DNA from: Escherichia phage Mt1B1_P17
Length of the DNA: 64,000 nt
Reading direction: 5' to 3' (one strand)
Sequence record: NC_052662.1
This document shows, in pieces, positions 16,202 through 25,619 of this stretch. How positions within the stretch are numbered: position 1 is the first letter of the stretch; every line of letters starts with the position of its first letter. The position numbers and the translations under genes were made by a program. The notes beneath the pieces were generated by a model. That model was not told the origin of the DNA. It saw only the letters and a program-made list of their open reading frames with translations, and made no database searches.

Positions 16202-17316
16202 TGCAACAAACAAATCAAACGCTGTATGGTAAAGATTCAAAAGGAAAACTTAAACAGTGGACAGTGTATACAGATGGTGCAGTTGTTACTGTAGCTCATG
16301 GAAGAGTAGGTGGAAAAATCACAGAAAAATCTTATACAGCAGAAGCAAAAAACATTGGTCGCTCCAATGAAACAACACCGGAAGAACAAGCTGAACTTGA
16401 AGCTTTTGCCAAATGGACAAAACAGTTAAAGAATGGTTATTATAAAACAAAAGAAGAAGCTGAAAACCATGTTCCTTCCACACCAATGAAATGCCAGGAT
16501 TATAAAGATTATCCTGAAAGGGTTGTGTTCCCTGGTTATGCACAATACAAACTGAACGGGTTACGTTCTATGATTAACATGAAAGGAGAGTGTTTATCAA
16601 AAGCTGGGGAAGTGTATAACCTGCCACCTCATTGGAAAGGTATTCCAAACTTTATTAGTGAAGTTGTTGGTCATCCTCTTGATGGTGAAGTGTTTGCTGG
16701 GTTAGGTGTCCTTAGTCTGCAACAAATTAACAGCGCCTGGAAGAAGCATAATGCAAATACACCTTTGCTGAATTATTACGTATACGATATTCCAGTTCCA
16801 GATCTACCGTTTGAAAAACGTGTTGATGTTCTTGCTGCTCTTAAGGCAGTAGTTGAAGATTATGGTCTTGATGAGCTTATTTGTGTAGTTCATACAGAGT
16901 ATATTGAAAACCAAGAACAGTTTGATGCTTTCTATGAAAAAGCTTTACTTGAGAAAGCTGAAGGTGTAGTATATCGTAATGCTCACGGAGTTTACGAATT
17001 TGATAAACGTTCTTATGACGTTATTAAACGTAAGCCTCGCCATACCCTTGAAGTTAAAGTAACAAATTCAAAAAGTGATAAAAATGGCGATGGAGTGTTG
17101 ACAGGTGAGATGGAAAATGGTAAAGTAGTCGAATTCTTAATGCGTAAAGATGCTCATGAGACTATCAATTATCGTAAAGCAGAGAATGCTTCTACCTTGA
17201 TTAATCAGTTTGTTGAAATAGAGTATGAAGAATTTTCAGATGAAGGTATTCCAACAAAACCTGTTGGTGTTCGTATTCGAGAAATGATCCCAGGCACTTG
17301 GGAACCAGCAGAATAA
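16189..17316 (+). CDS. ATP-dependent DNA ligase
   Basis: 375 aa; motif I KLNGLR (KxDG-type), later KxK motif (VIKRKP); size matches small phage-type ligases. Confidence 0.6.
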   Translation: MGGLMQQTNQTLYGKDSKGKLKQWTVYTDGAVVTVAHGRVGGKITEKSYTAEAKNIGRSNETTPEEQAELEAFAKWTKQLKNGYYKTKEEAENHVPSTPMKCQDYKDYPERVVFPGYAQYKLNGLRSMINMKGECLSKAGEVYNLPPHWKGIPNFISEVVGHPLDGEVFAGLGVLSLQQINSAWKKHNANTPLLNYYVYDIPVPDLPFEKRVDVLAALKAVVEDYGLDELICVVHTEYIENQEQFDAFYEKALLEKAEGVVYRNAHGVYEFDKRSYDVIKRKPRHTLEVKVTNSKSDKNGDGVLTGEMENGKVVEFLMRKDAHETINYRKAENASTLINQFVEIEYEEFSDEGIPTKPVGVRIREMIPGTWEPAE

Positions 17317-17325
17317 GGAGGAAAA

Positions 17326-17520
17326 ATGTTCTTAGCCATTTTAATCGTTTTCAGTGTGCTTTCTTTTTATTGTATGAATGCTTCGGAAAGCTTTCCTAAG
17401 AATTCAAAGAAAAGAACCGTATGTATTGCGATTGATTCATGTATGTCTGGAGTTGGGTATGCGGTAGTTTCTTGTTTCTTAGCTTATCATTGTGCAAAAT
17501 ACCTGGAGGCATTTTTATGA
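17326..17520 (+). CDS. small membrane protein
   Basis: 64 aa, hydrophobic N-terminus. Confidence 0.4.
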   Translation: MFLAILIVFSVLSFYCMNASESFPKNSKKRTVCIAIDSCMSGVGYAVVSCFLAYHCAKYLEAFL

Positions 17521-17699
17521 TAATTTTAGCAACAATTCTTATGATGTTGATAGCCATTGCTATTGTAATTCTGGCATCTTTTCCGGCGGATAAATGGTAT
17601 TTCAATATTCCACGTATGCTTGTTTTCGGTTTCGCAGGAATTTACATGGGTGAGACTGTAGTAAATATTAGCAACTTTCTAGAAAGCTATTTTAAATAA
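17517..17699 (+). CDS. small membrane protein
   Basis: internal ATG of track ORF 17439..17699; two hydrophobic helices. Confidence 0.4.
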   Translation: MIILATILMMLIAIAIVILASFPADKWYFNIPRMLVFGFAGIYMGETVVNISNFLESYFK

Positions 17700-17708
17700 G
17701 GAGTTATA

Positions 17709-18434
17709 ATGATCGAGAATTTTTTTAAAGATATTAAATTCGATACTGAATTTTTCAAAAATGCAGCAAAGCACGTAATTGATTGGAATGCCAAAGCACG
17801 AGGTGGTGAACAACCTGAATTCACTCAAGAGTTATTTATGTCCCAAATCGGGTTCGTTCGTGAAGAGCTTAAAGAGTATGAAACAGCCGCGAAAGTAAAC
17901 GATCATGTAGAACTCTTGGATGCAGCAGCGGATATTTTTGTAGTATCCAGTTATCTGACTTACATGTTCTTTGGTGAAGAACATACGATGAATTTCTTGG
18001 ACTATGCTGTAGGCGATGTTTTTACTCCAACTGTGTATACTGATTTTGATGCTTTGGAACAAACATTTACAGAGCCAGTTCAAATGGCACTAATGGCTGC
18101 TGGTATTATGCGTATGTCTCGTGACACTCTAATCCGTTCAAAATATCCAGAAAAGAAAGTTATTAAAGAGGTATTGAAAAGTAATGATTCCAAGTATCCA
18201 ACTAAACAACAGTTGCTGAAAACTTGGAAAACTTCGGATATCGATTCAGCCATTGCACAAGAATGCGCTGCAATTGAAGAACGAAATGCCAATCGTCCAG
18301 AAGGGGCATACACTGGTGTTCATGCTGTTTATAATGAAAAACAGAAAGTGTATGTGTTCTTTGATGATAAAGGTAAGATCATGAAACCATCGACCTTTGT
18401 CAAACCTAATATTGCAGGTATTATTAACAAGTAA
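17709..18434 (+). CDS. MazG-like nucleoside triphosphate pyrophosphohydrolase domain protein
   Basis: 241 aa; EELKEYETAAKVNDHVELLDAAADIF resembles the MazG ExxExxE ... D metal-binding helix pair. Confidence 0.45.
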   Translation: MIENFFKDIKFDTEFFKNAAKHVIDWNAKARGGEQPEFTQELFMSQIGFVREELKEYETAAKVNDHVELLDAAADIFVVSSYLTYMFFGEEHTMNFLDYAVGDVFTPTVYTDFDALEQTFTEPVQMALMAAGIMRMSRDTLIRSKYPEKKVIKEVLKSNDSKYPTKQQLLKTWKTSDIDSAIAQECAAIEERNANRPEGAYTGVHAVYNEKQKVYVFFDDKGKIMKPSTFVKPNIAGIINK

Positions 18435-18442
18435 TGTTGTAA

Positions 18443-18462
18443 GCCGCCCTTTACGGGCGGTA
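18443..18462 (+). terminator. hairpin after the MazG-like gene (weak terminator)
   Basis: GCCGCCC-TTTAC-GGGCGG stem-loop, no clear T-run. Confidence 0.35.
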
Positions 18463-18490
18463 ATGTGAGATGTATTAAATAGGAGGAAAC

Positions 18491-19369
18491 ATGTTTGTAA
18501 AATCTTTTAAATCCGCTCTGCCTATGGTTGTTGGTGACGATGCTTCTGTAGCATCCCTTAACAGCATTACAGATATTCCTCTGGAATTTGTAACAGCAGA
18601 AGGCTCCCAGTCACACACTATCGGTCTTGTTCGTTTCGAAGATGACTCTAAATTTGTAAAAGAGTTTTCAGATCTTGAACTGCTTAATGTAGGTCAATCT
18701 GTGAAGAAGGTAGATAAAAAGAAAGTTAAACGTATTCTGAATGAACGTCTAGAAGAAATGCGTCAGGACATGGAGAGCGAAGGTAAAGAGTTTTATGTCG
18801 ATAAAGAAGTAGTCAAAGCAATGAAGGAAGATATTGAATTTGCACTATTGCCTGAAACAGAACCTGAAGATTTCTTTAACTATGTTGTCTTGGATAAAAC
18901 TACGAATCTTCTTTATGTTCTTAATGGAAGTAAAAAGGTTGCAGAAGAGATTACTTCTTTCCTCCGTTCCGTTCTGGGGACTTTCCCTTCGGTAGGTTTT
19001 AGTGTGCACGAAGAAGCTATTGTAAAAGGTTTTGGTGAATTGCTGGAGAATCACGAAGCAGATCGTATTACTCTCGGAAATTATATCAAAATGGAGGATA
19101 GCGAGGGCGTTGTTGTTTGGAGTAAAGAATCCCTATACGAGTCTAAAGCTGTCGAACTAAAAGAAGATGGTAAAGATGTTGTTGCAATCGGTCTTGAATA
19201 TGACGGTGTTGTAGATTTTGTAGTGGATAAAGAGTTTAAACTTTCTAAACTACGTTTTCCGAAATATTTTGCAGACGAAGAAGGTAGTATTGAAGCTTCG
19301 GTCCTTCTGTGCTTCAATGAGATTCGAGGTCTGATGGAAGATTTAACCAAAGCAACAATCCTTAAATAA
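18491..19369 (+). CDS. hypothetical acidic protein
   Basis: 292 aa, RBS AGGAGGA. Confidence 0.6.
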   Translation: MFVKSFKSALPMVVGDDASVASLNSITDIPLEFVTAEGSQSHTIGLVRFEDDSKFVKEFSDLELLNVGQSVKKVDKKKVKRILNERLEEMRQDMESEGKEFYVDKEVVKAMKEDIEFALLPETEPEDFFNYVVLDKTTNLLYVLNGSKKVAEEITSFLRSVLGTFPSVGFSVHEEAIVKGFGELLENHEADRITLGNYIKMEDSEGVVVWSKESLYESKAVELKEDGKDVVAIGLEYDGVVDFVVDKEFKLSKLRFPKYFADEEGSIEASVLLCFNEIRGLMEDLTKATILK

Positions 19370-19373
19370 GTTC

Positions 19374-19402
19374 TTGACTTGCGGGATTAGTTATGATATT
19401 AT
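19374..19402 (+). promoter_or_regulatory. sigma70-like promoter (TTGACT, 17 nt spacer, TATTAT)
   Basis: near-consensus boxes with exact 17-nt spacing; followed by leader hairpin GCCTACCT...AGGTAGGC plus TTTTT at 19403..19431. Confidence 0.5.
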
Positions 19403-19441
19403 GCCTACCTACTTAATGAGGTAGGCTTTTTAGGAGGCGTT

Positions 19442-19651
19442 ATGAAAAAGATTCTGACAGTCGTTCTTTTAGCTTTTAGTTTCACAGTAGCAGCAGGTCA
19501 AATTACTTTAATCTTGTCTGATTCTGAAGTTAATGGCAATACAAAATATTGCTACTATTCTAACGCTAACCAAGATGAAGTTATAGCAATCCCGAAAAGT
19601 CGTCAATGTCCGTATACTAAAACATTCTCAACAGAGGATGACGATGAATAA
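19442..19651 (+). CDS. small secreted protein
   Basis: 69 aa; signal peptide MKKILTVVLLAFSFTVAAGQ; stop TAA is in frame with the following long open frame. Confidence 0.5.
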   Translation: MKKILTVVLLAFSFTVAAGQITLILSDSEVNGNTKYCYYSNANQDEVIAIPKSRQCPYTKTFSTEDDDE

Positions 19652-20092
19652 TTAGGGGGAAATATTAGCGGTTATATTTTAATTAAACCTGAAGATCTTC
19701 ATTTATATGTCAACGAAGAAACAATAGCTGCAATTGATTATGATCAGATCGCTTTCCAAGCAGCGTCTGCGTTAGAGAAAAGAACAATCATTGCGAAGCA
19801 CATCCCTTCAGGTGCTCAAAAGGAATTTAAAAATAAGACAGAGTTTTGGGGTAAAAGCAAGACTAAAATTGGAGGTTGGCTAGGAGATACAAATGCAGAA
19901 AGAGCCTCCAAAAACAAACGTCCCTTCACAAAGGAAGAGTTCGAAATCATTGATAAGCAATACCCGCCAGAAGATATCGGACACACCTTCCAAGCAGCTA
20001 AAACAAAAGTCTTAGGTATTCTAAAACATCTACGTTTAGAAAAATATTGCGGAGTTATTGGCGTAGGAAAAACTTTCAGACACGCCTTCAAA

Positions 20093-20782
20093 ATGCCTGT
20101 AGAATATAAATCTGAACGATTAGATATCAAACCACTTCAGCTTTCAGAAACCAAAGATTATCTTGTGGAGTTCCACAATGGTGATGTTGTTACTGTAATA
20201 GAAGCTGATGATGAGTTAGAGAAGTATGGTTTCCAAGGTTATAAAGATTATAAAAGGACGGGTAAATTTTCTTATATCGTTGTATCTATAGATAAAGATA
20301 GTTTACATACTCCTAGTATCCTTTTTAATTTCTACAAAGAGGATGGAGTATTTAAAAATCCAGATATAATTCTTATTGACGAGTCTATTGGCGATATATG
20401 GATCGTAGATAAAGGTAAAAAGAAAGAAGTTAAAGGTTGGGGCAGTTACTGGTTAGCATATCAGATGCTAATGGGAGATAAAACAGATAGTATCCGACCT
20501 TATCAAGATTTTGATATTAAGTTCGGAGATATTACTTGTTTTAATCTTCTTTCAGCTTGTAAAACTCAAGCAGAACTTTTCCAAACAGTTAAAGATACTT
20601 ACTACTCGTGGTTCCCAGATGGTGTTAATTTTACTTCTTGGGATGGAGAAGAAGTCCATATGACAACAGATGAATGGATAGAAACAATTTTCCAGTTGGT
20701 ATACATGAAACGCTGGGATAATGACGATACAACATTTGAGAGTATGCTTCAGTCATACATCTCACAACAGGAGGCAGAGTGA
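20093..20782 (+). CDS. hypothetical protein (ORF stays open upstream to 19652 without ATG/GTG/TTG)
   Basis: 229 aa from first ATG; the same frame is stop-free for 147 codons upstream and is in frame with the 19442..19651 ORF. Confidence 0.5.
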   Translation: MPVEYKSERLDIKPLQLSETKDYLVEFHNGDVVTVIEADDELEKYGFQGYKDYKRTGKFSYIVVSIDKDSLHTPSILFNFYKEDGVFKNPDIILIDESIGDIWIVDKGKKKEVKGWGSYWLAYQMLMGDKTDSIRPYQDFDIKFGDITCFNLLSACKTQAELFQTVKDTYYSWFPDGVNFTSWDGEEVHMTTDEWIETIFQLVYMKRWDNDDTTFESMLQSYISQQEAE

Positions 20783-21738
20783 GCAGATTAACAGAAGAGC
20801 AGAAAGCAGATATCCTTAGTATGAGTGCAGAGGGTATGTCTTCTCGTAATATTGCAGCAATTGTTTTAGGTAGCCCAACAAGAAAAAGCACAGTAAATGA
20901 TTTCCTTGCACGTTTCAGTGGAAGTAAACAAGAACCCGTTAAAAAGAAACAACCAGTTATTAAAATTATTGATGTTGAAACTGCACCAGAGATTGCATAT
21001 ACTTTCCGTCGATTCAAAGCCTTCATTTCTCCAGACCAGGTGATTCGCAGAGGTTATTTGTTATCCTACTCTTCTGCTGACCTATATACTGGTGAAGTGG
21101 AAGGTAAGAACTTGTCTTCTTATCCTCTTTTTGATATTGATCATACAGATGATTGGGAGCTTTGCCAAGATCTTTGGAACCTTCTGAATGAGGCAGATGT
21201 AGTTGTGGCACACAACGGATATAAGTTTGACCGTGCATACATTAACCAACGATTTGCATATCACGATATGGCTCCTCCTTCTAATTATGTAGTCGTTGAT
21301 ACATTGAAGGCAGCTAAGAAACAATTTGCACTTCCTTCCAACTCCCTTAAAGAAATGGGAGCATATTTCGAAACAGAAAGTGAAAAACTGGATAACGAGG
21401 GGTTCCCTTTATGGAAAGCATGTTGTGAAGGTGATCGTGATGCTTTTGAACGTATGCAGATTTACAATGATGGCGATGTTGTTTCACTCCGTGATTTGTA
21501 TATGAAAATCCTTCCGTGGATTCCACAGCATCCTAACTTATCCGCTTATTACCCAGATGAGAAAGTCCGTTGTTCTCGTTGCGGCAGTGATCATGTTCAC
21601 GTTGTTACTGGTAAGCAATACCACACTGCGGTAAGTTCTTTCGATATCATTCGTTGTGAATCTTGTGGAGGTTTGTCACGTAGTAGAGCAAACACCAGAT
21701 CCAAAGATAAACGAGCAGCAACTATTATTGGAATCTAA
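20779..21738 (+). CDS. DnaQ-like 3'-5' exonuclease with N-terminal HTH and C-terminal zinc ribbon
   Basis: 319 aa; Exo I IDVETA, Exo II VVVAHNGYKFD, Exo III-like YNDGD; Cys pairs CSRCG/CESCG at the C-terminus. Confidence 0.5.
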   Translation: MSRLTEEQKADILSMSAEGMSSRNIAAIVLGSPTRKSTVNDFLARFSGSKQEPVKKKQPVIKIIDVETAPEIAYTFRRFKAFISPDQVIRRGYLLSYSSADLYTGEVEGKNLSSYPLFDIDHTDDWELCQDLWNLLNEADVVVAHNGYKFDRAYINQRFAYHDMAPPSNYVVVDTLKAAKKQFALPSNSLKEMGAYFETESEKLDNEGFPLWKACCEGDRDAFERMQIYNDGDVVSLRDLYMKILPWIPQHPNLSAYYPDEKVRCSRCGSDHVHVVTGKQYHTAVSSFDIIRCESCGGLSRSRANTRSKDKRAATIIGI

Positions 21739-21744
21739 TAATCA

Positions 21745-21770
21745 GGGAGCTTATTGCTCCCTTTTTTTAT
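21745..21770 (+). terminator. Rho-independent terminator
   Basis: GGGAGC-TTATT-GCTCCC followed by TTTTTTTAT. Confidence 0.7.
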
Positions 21771-21825
21771 TGACAAAAATTTGATATTAGTGTATACTCT
21801 GCTAACCACAATAAAAGGAGGAAAT

Positions 21826-22053
21826 ATGAGCATTACATTAACAGGTAACGAAATTTTCGAACTGTTTGAAATGTTAGGTCTAAACTATACCATCGAGAAA
21901 GACCCAGATTTACTTGACGTTGAAATAACAATTCAAGAAGATACAGCAATCTACAATGATGATGGTGATGTTATCTATCAAGGTAGGGTAGCTTATTATA
22001 CAGACTACCCAGAAGAAGGCGCAGTAGGAATTCAGGAGGAAAATTATGTCTAA
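21826..22053 (+). CDS. hypothetical protein
   Basis: internal ATG of track ORF 21754..22053, preceded by AAAGGAGG. Confidence 0.5.
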   Translation: MSITLTGNEIFELFEMLGLNYTIEKDPDLLDVEITIQEDTAIYNDDGDVIYQGRVAYYTDYPEEGAVGIQEENYV

Positions 22054-22447
22054 TGCTTTTGATAATCAGGTTGACGGTGATCACTACACAAAAATGGCAA
22101 TGCAACCTATTGAACTAGCTTATTTGGTTGGTGGTACGCCTTGTTTTTGCAAATTGGCAAAATACGCAACACGTATTAAAGGTGAACGTCAGATTAACCT
22201 AGATAAAGCTATTCATTGTATTGAACTAGAAAGAACCCTTATGCAAAATAACACGTATATGGTTCGTGAAAATTATCCATCTATGACAAATGCAGCTAAA
22301 CATGATCAAGCTATGCTTCTTATTGATTTCTTCACAAAAGATCCTTTAGTACGAGTAGCACTGAAACACATGTATAACTCTTCTTATGTAGATGCAATCG
22401 AAGCTATTAAACAACTTAAGGAACGTATTAGTGGCGAGCAATACTAA
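22046..22447 (+). CDS. hypothetical protein
   Basis: 133 aa, RBS GGAGGA. Confidence 0.55.
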   Translation: MSNAFDNQVDGDHYTKMAMQPIELAYLVGGTPCFCKLAKYATRIKGERQINLDKAIHCIELERTLMQNNTYMVRENYPSMTNAAKHDQAMLLIDFFTKDPLVRVALKHMYNSSYVDAIEAIKQLKERISGEQY

Positions 22448-22537
22448 ACAATATGGAGCAGGAGAAGTTTATAAAATATTCAACCGAAAAGGTGATAAAC
22501 TTTTACTAACTTTGACTATTCCAGAAACAATGTGCAA

Positions 22538-22566
22538 GGCGGGGTTAGACCGCCTTTTGTTTTTTA
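22538..22566 (+). terminator. Rho-independent terminator
   Basis: GGCGGGG-TTA-GACCGCC followed by TTTTGTTTTTT. Confidence 0.7.
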
Positions 22567-22614
22567 AACACAATATCCCACCAGGGGAATATACAGCTAA
22601 AAAGGTGAGCAATA

Positions 22615-23190
22615 TTGGCAGGTGAACCAAAAATAATGTGGGGTGAAGGAACACCCTGGAAAACACAAGCTGAATTTTATACTTATCTTAGGGGATGTTT
22701 TAGAAAAGCATGGATGAGACACCCTAATAAAATTAAGGTTATCAATGCAAGGCGTTTTAAAGTTGATCGAGTAGATAAAGACGGCAATGTGATGATAGAC
22801 AAGAAAACTGGAAAACCAAAACAAGTTTGGAATTGTGAGTGCGAAATATGTGGACATAGAGGAGGAATGAAAGACTTCCAAGTGGATCATATTCACGCAG
22901 CAAAACAACTTCAATGTTTTGATGATATTCCTCTTTTTGTTTTCCGTTTAATCTATGTGAAAGAAGAAGATTTGCGAATGGTTTGTAAATTGTGCAACTC
23001 TATTCTTGCTTATGCAGACAAGCAAGGTATATCTTTTGAAGAAGCGAAAGCTGAAAAAGAAGCGATAGCTTTGTGCAGAGCTAAGAAAGATAAAGCATGG
23101 CTGAAGAAGCGTAAAATAGAACCTGAAAGCACAGTAGCGAAACGCCGCAAACAAATAGTCAAAATCCTATTGCAGGAAATTGAAAGTTAG
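22615..23190 (+). CDS. putative HNH (His-Me finger) endonuclease
   Basis: 191 aa (TTG start; ATG at 22636 also possible); CECEICGHRGG ... DHIH motif plus later CKLCN. Confidence 0.4.
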   Translation: MAGEPKIMWGEGTPWKTQAEFYTYLRGCFRKAWMRHPNKIKVINARRFKVDRVDKDGNVMIDKKTGKPKQVWNCECEICGHRGGMKDFQVDHIHAAKQLQCFDDIPLFVFRLIYVKEEDLRMVCKLCNSILAYADKQGISFEEAKAEKEAIALCRAKKDKAWLKKRKIEPESTVAKRRKQIVKILLQEIES

Positions 23191-23226
23191 TATAAGATAA
23201 CTATACTAAAAGAGAGAGGAGGTTTT

Positions 23227-23835
23227 ATGCAGATAGTATGTGATTGGGATTTAGTTGTGGCTCCATTAGATGTTGCTTGGTTAGAATGGTTGAATAAGAT
23301 TAGTGGACTTGGTGTTAAGATAGACACATTCACAAAAAATGCAGACTATGATCTTACCAACTACTTTCCTGGTTTCAGGGAGGAGTTCAATATAGATCCT
23401 TACGGATTTCTGGATAATCCTCATCTCTATGATACAATGGGTTTTGTTCCAGGTATGCCAGATTTCTTAAAGTATGTTTCAAGGAAAGGTAGCAATCTTT
23501 TGATCGCAAGTGTGACAAAAGGTGGTCACTTAAGTTCTAAACATAAGCATGTTTTAAGAACATTAGATACGATTGATTTTAGCAAAGGATCTGGCAACGG
23601 CTTTTTTGCTACGAAAGAAAAATACTTATTGCCTTGTGATATAGCAATAGATGACAGGGCTGATAACCTACTATATTTTCCAGATGAAGTGGTTAAAATA
23701 TATTTTAATACGCCTTATAAAGATAACCATCTAGAAGAACTAAAGAAAAAACCAAATGTTGTGATCACAGGTTTAGAAGATCAGTGGCTAACATGTTTGG
23801 ATGTTTTTAACACTTTGAACAATTTTAAAAACTAA
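23227..23835 (+). CDS. HAD-like 5'(3')-nucleotidase (tentative)
   Basis: 202 aa; N-terminal CDWDLVVA resembles HAD motif I DxDx(T/V). Confidence 0.4.
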   Translation: MQIVCDWDLVVAPLDVAWLEWLNKISGLGVKIDTFTKNADYDLTNYFPGFREEFNIDPYGFLDNPHLYDTMGFVPGMPDFLKYVSRKGSNLLIASVTKGGHLSSKHKHVLRTLDTIDFSKGSGNGFFATKEKYLLPCDIAIDDRADNLLYFPDEVVKIYFNTPYKDNHLEELKKKPNVVITGLEDQWLTCLDVFNTLNNFKN

Positions 23836-23844
23836 GGAGAAAAA

Positions 23845-24843
23845 ATGACAAAACAGATTTCGGCTAGTATTATTGCGCATTCCATCACTGAAGACGGAAA
23901 AGAGATTGTAACTTTTGAACTAGAATATCCACGTATTATTCATTCAGAATTGATGACTCACCGCCTGTTCAGTCGTAATGCTGCTTCTAGCCGTGCTATA
24001 CCTGTTAAAACACTGATTGAAATGGTGCGAAATCAACCTGCTCGTCCTTATCGTTTTGGGGCTAACCAACCTGGTATGCAGGATAAAGGTGTTGATCATG
24101 ACGCTCTTATTGATGCAGGTTATACTGCTCAAGAGTGGTGGGATCTTGCCGCGCTTAGTGCAGCACGTTTTGCAGAAGAATTCTCTTTGGCAGGGTACCA
24201 CAAACAAGTTGCAAACCGTCTTCTGGAACCTTTCCAACGAATTAAAACAGTTCTGACAGCAACAGAATATGAAAATTTCTGGTGGCTGCGTGATGACAAA
24301 GAAGCCGATCCTACTATCGAAGCTTTGGCTAAAGAGATGCACAAAGAGTATGAAGGATCTACACCAGAAGTGCTGAAACCAGGGCAATGGCACACACCTT
24401 ATGTAGACCATTTCTATGATACTATTGGCACAGAAGGTGACGATCATTTTGTTTTTGGTGGATACTACGTTCAAGATGAATCTGGAGAAGTTGTTGTGCT
24501 TACTTTGGAAGAAGCCAAAGCTATTTCAGCTTCGTGTTGTGCACAGGTTAGCTATCGTCGTTTGAATGCAACTAAAGATAAAGCTTTAGATATCTATGGT
24601 CGTTTGCTGACTGGGCGCAAGGTTCATGCTTCTCCGTTTGAACATCAAGCCACTCCAATGCAAGAAACATACGAACAATATGGAGAGAACTGTTTTGAAG
24701 ATTTGTTTATCAATGCTCCTTGGGATTTTAACTCTTGGGAGCCAGGCATTACCCATGTAGATCGTAATGGTAAGTTTTGGTCTGGCAATTTCAAAGGCTG
24801 GATTCAACATCGTCAACTTTTAACAAATCATACTAAATGGTGA
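23845..24843 (+). CDS. thyX: flavin-dependent thymidylate synthase ThyX
   Basis: 332 aa; ThyX signature RHR-x7-S (HSELMTHRLFSRNAASSRA). Confidence 0.75.
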   Translation: MTKQISASIIAHSITEDGKEIVTFELEYPRIIHSELMTHRLFSRNAASSRAIPVKTLIEMVRNQPARPYRFGANQPGMQDKGVDHDALIDAGYTAQEWWDLAALSAARFAEEFSLAGYHKQVANRLLEPFQRIKTVLTATEYENFWWLRDDKEADPTIEALAKEMHKEYEGSTPEVLKPGQWHTPYVDHFYDTIGTEGDDHFVFGGYYVQDESGEVVVLTLEEAKAISASCCAQVSYRRLNATKDKALDIYGRLLTGRKVHASPFEHQATPMQETYEQYGENCFEDLFINAPWDFNSWEPGITHVDRNGKFWSGNFKGWIQHRQLLTNHTKW

Positions 24844-24941
24844 TCTGTTTAAATAGTTATTGACTTTAGTATTAGTTTTAGTATAATATAGCACAATACT
24901 GGGAGGAGGTGAGTCCTCCCATTCAAAATGAAGGAGAAAAT

Positions 24942-25352
24942 ATGTCATTAGTAAATACTACAACTTGGGCTACCGTAAGCATGTCTACTGTAATGTCTAC
25001 CCCTATCTGGAAACTAGAATCAAATAAACACAATGGTAATATCCCACACGAGAAACAAAATGCTGTTATTAGAGCGTCGCTTGTAATGCTGGGTATGGCT
25101 GAAGATTCACACTATTCTGTTGAGCGTAATGTGAATATCCGAAGCAATAACGATAAGCGAGTAGTGTTTGCAAATACAACGCTTTTCACTTTCCCTGTTT
25201 CACCTAATTGTGGTTTTAAACGAATCTATCAAGAAAATGATATTTTTCATTTTGGTGATGAAGAATTTACAGGTTGGGGTGCGTCACATATTAAGATGGA
25301 TGATTTCGGTAACTCTTATGATCCTGCGAAAGCAGATGATACTAATCAATGA
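24942..25352 (+). CDS. hypothetical protein
   Basis: internal ATG of track ORF 24909..25352, after AAGGAG. Confidence 0.5.
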   Translation: MSLVNTTTWATVSMSTVMSTPIWKLESNKHNGNIPHEKQNAVIRASLVMLGMAEDSHYSVERNVNIRSNNDKRVVFANTTLFTFPVSPNCGFKRIYQENDIFHFGDEEFTGWGASHIKMDDFGNSYDPAKADDTNQ

Positions 25353-25603
25353 GAGGGACAATGACTGATAATAAATATGAAGGCTGTGAAATCGAAGTCT
25401 ATTTTGATGAAACTGTTGGTTGTAATGTAACTGTAATTCTAGACACTTCAAAACGTTTATCTCCTAAAAGACAAGAAGCAGACCGTCGAGCAAAAGCAAA
25501 AGGGTTTGATGACATAACTCATTTTGAAGGTTTTCTATATGCTAATGGACTTTTTAATGAAATGAAGTTCGGTTATGATGTAGATGTTTTGAATATGCAT
25601 TAA
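25349..25603 (+). CDS. hypothetical protein
   Basis: 84 aa, overlapping start/stop. Confidence 0.5.
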   Translation: MRGTMTDNKYEGCEIEVYFDETVGCNVTVILDTSKRLSPKRQEADRRAKAKGFDDITHFEGFLYANGLFNEMKFGYDVDVLNMH

Positions 25604-25619
25604 TAATAGGGAGGAGAAG

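Noticed and set aside
19816-20130. 104-aa minus-strand ORF
   Set aside because: Antisense to the long plus-strand open frame and isolated among plus-strand genes
22392-22625. 77-aa plus-strand ORF
   Set aside because: It runs straight through a strong Rho-independent terminator (22538..22566) and overlaps both neighbours, so it is probably not a gene
23944-24474. 176-aa minus-strand ORF
   Set aside because: Entirely antisense within the thyX gene, whose signature motif supports the plus-strand frame
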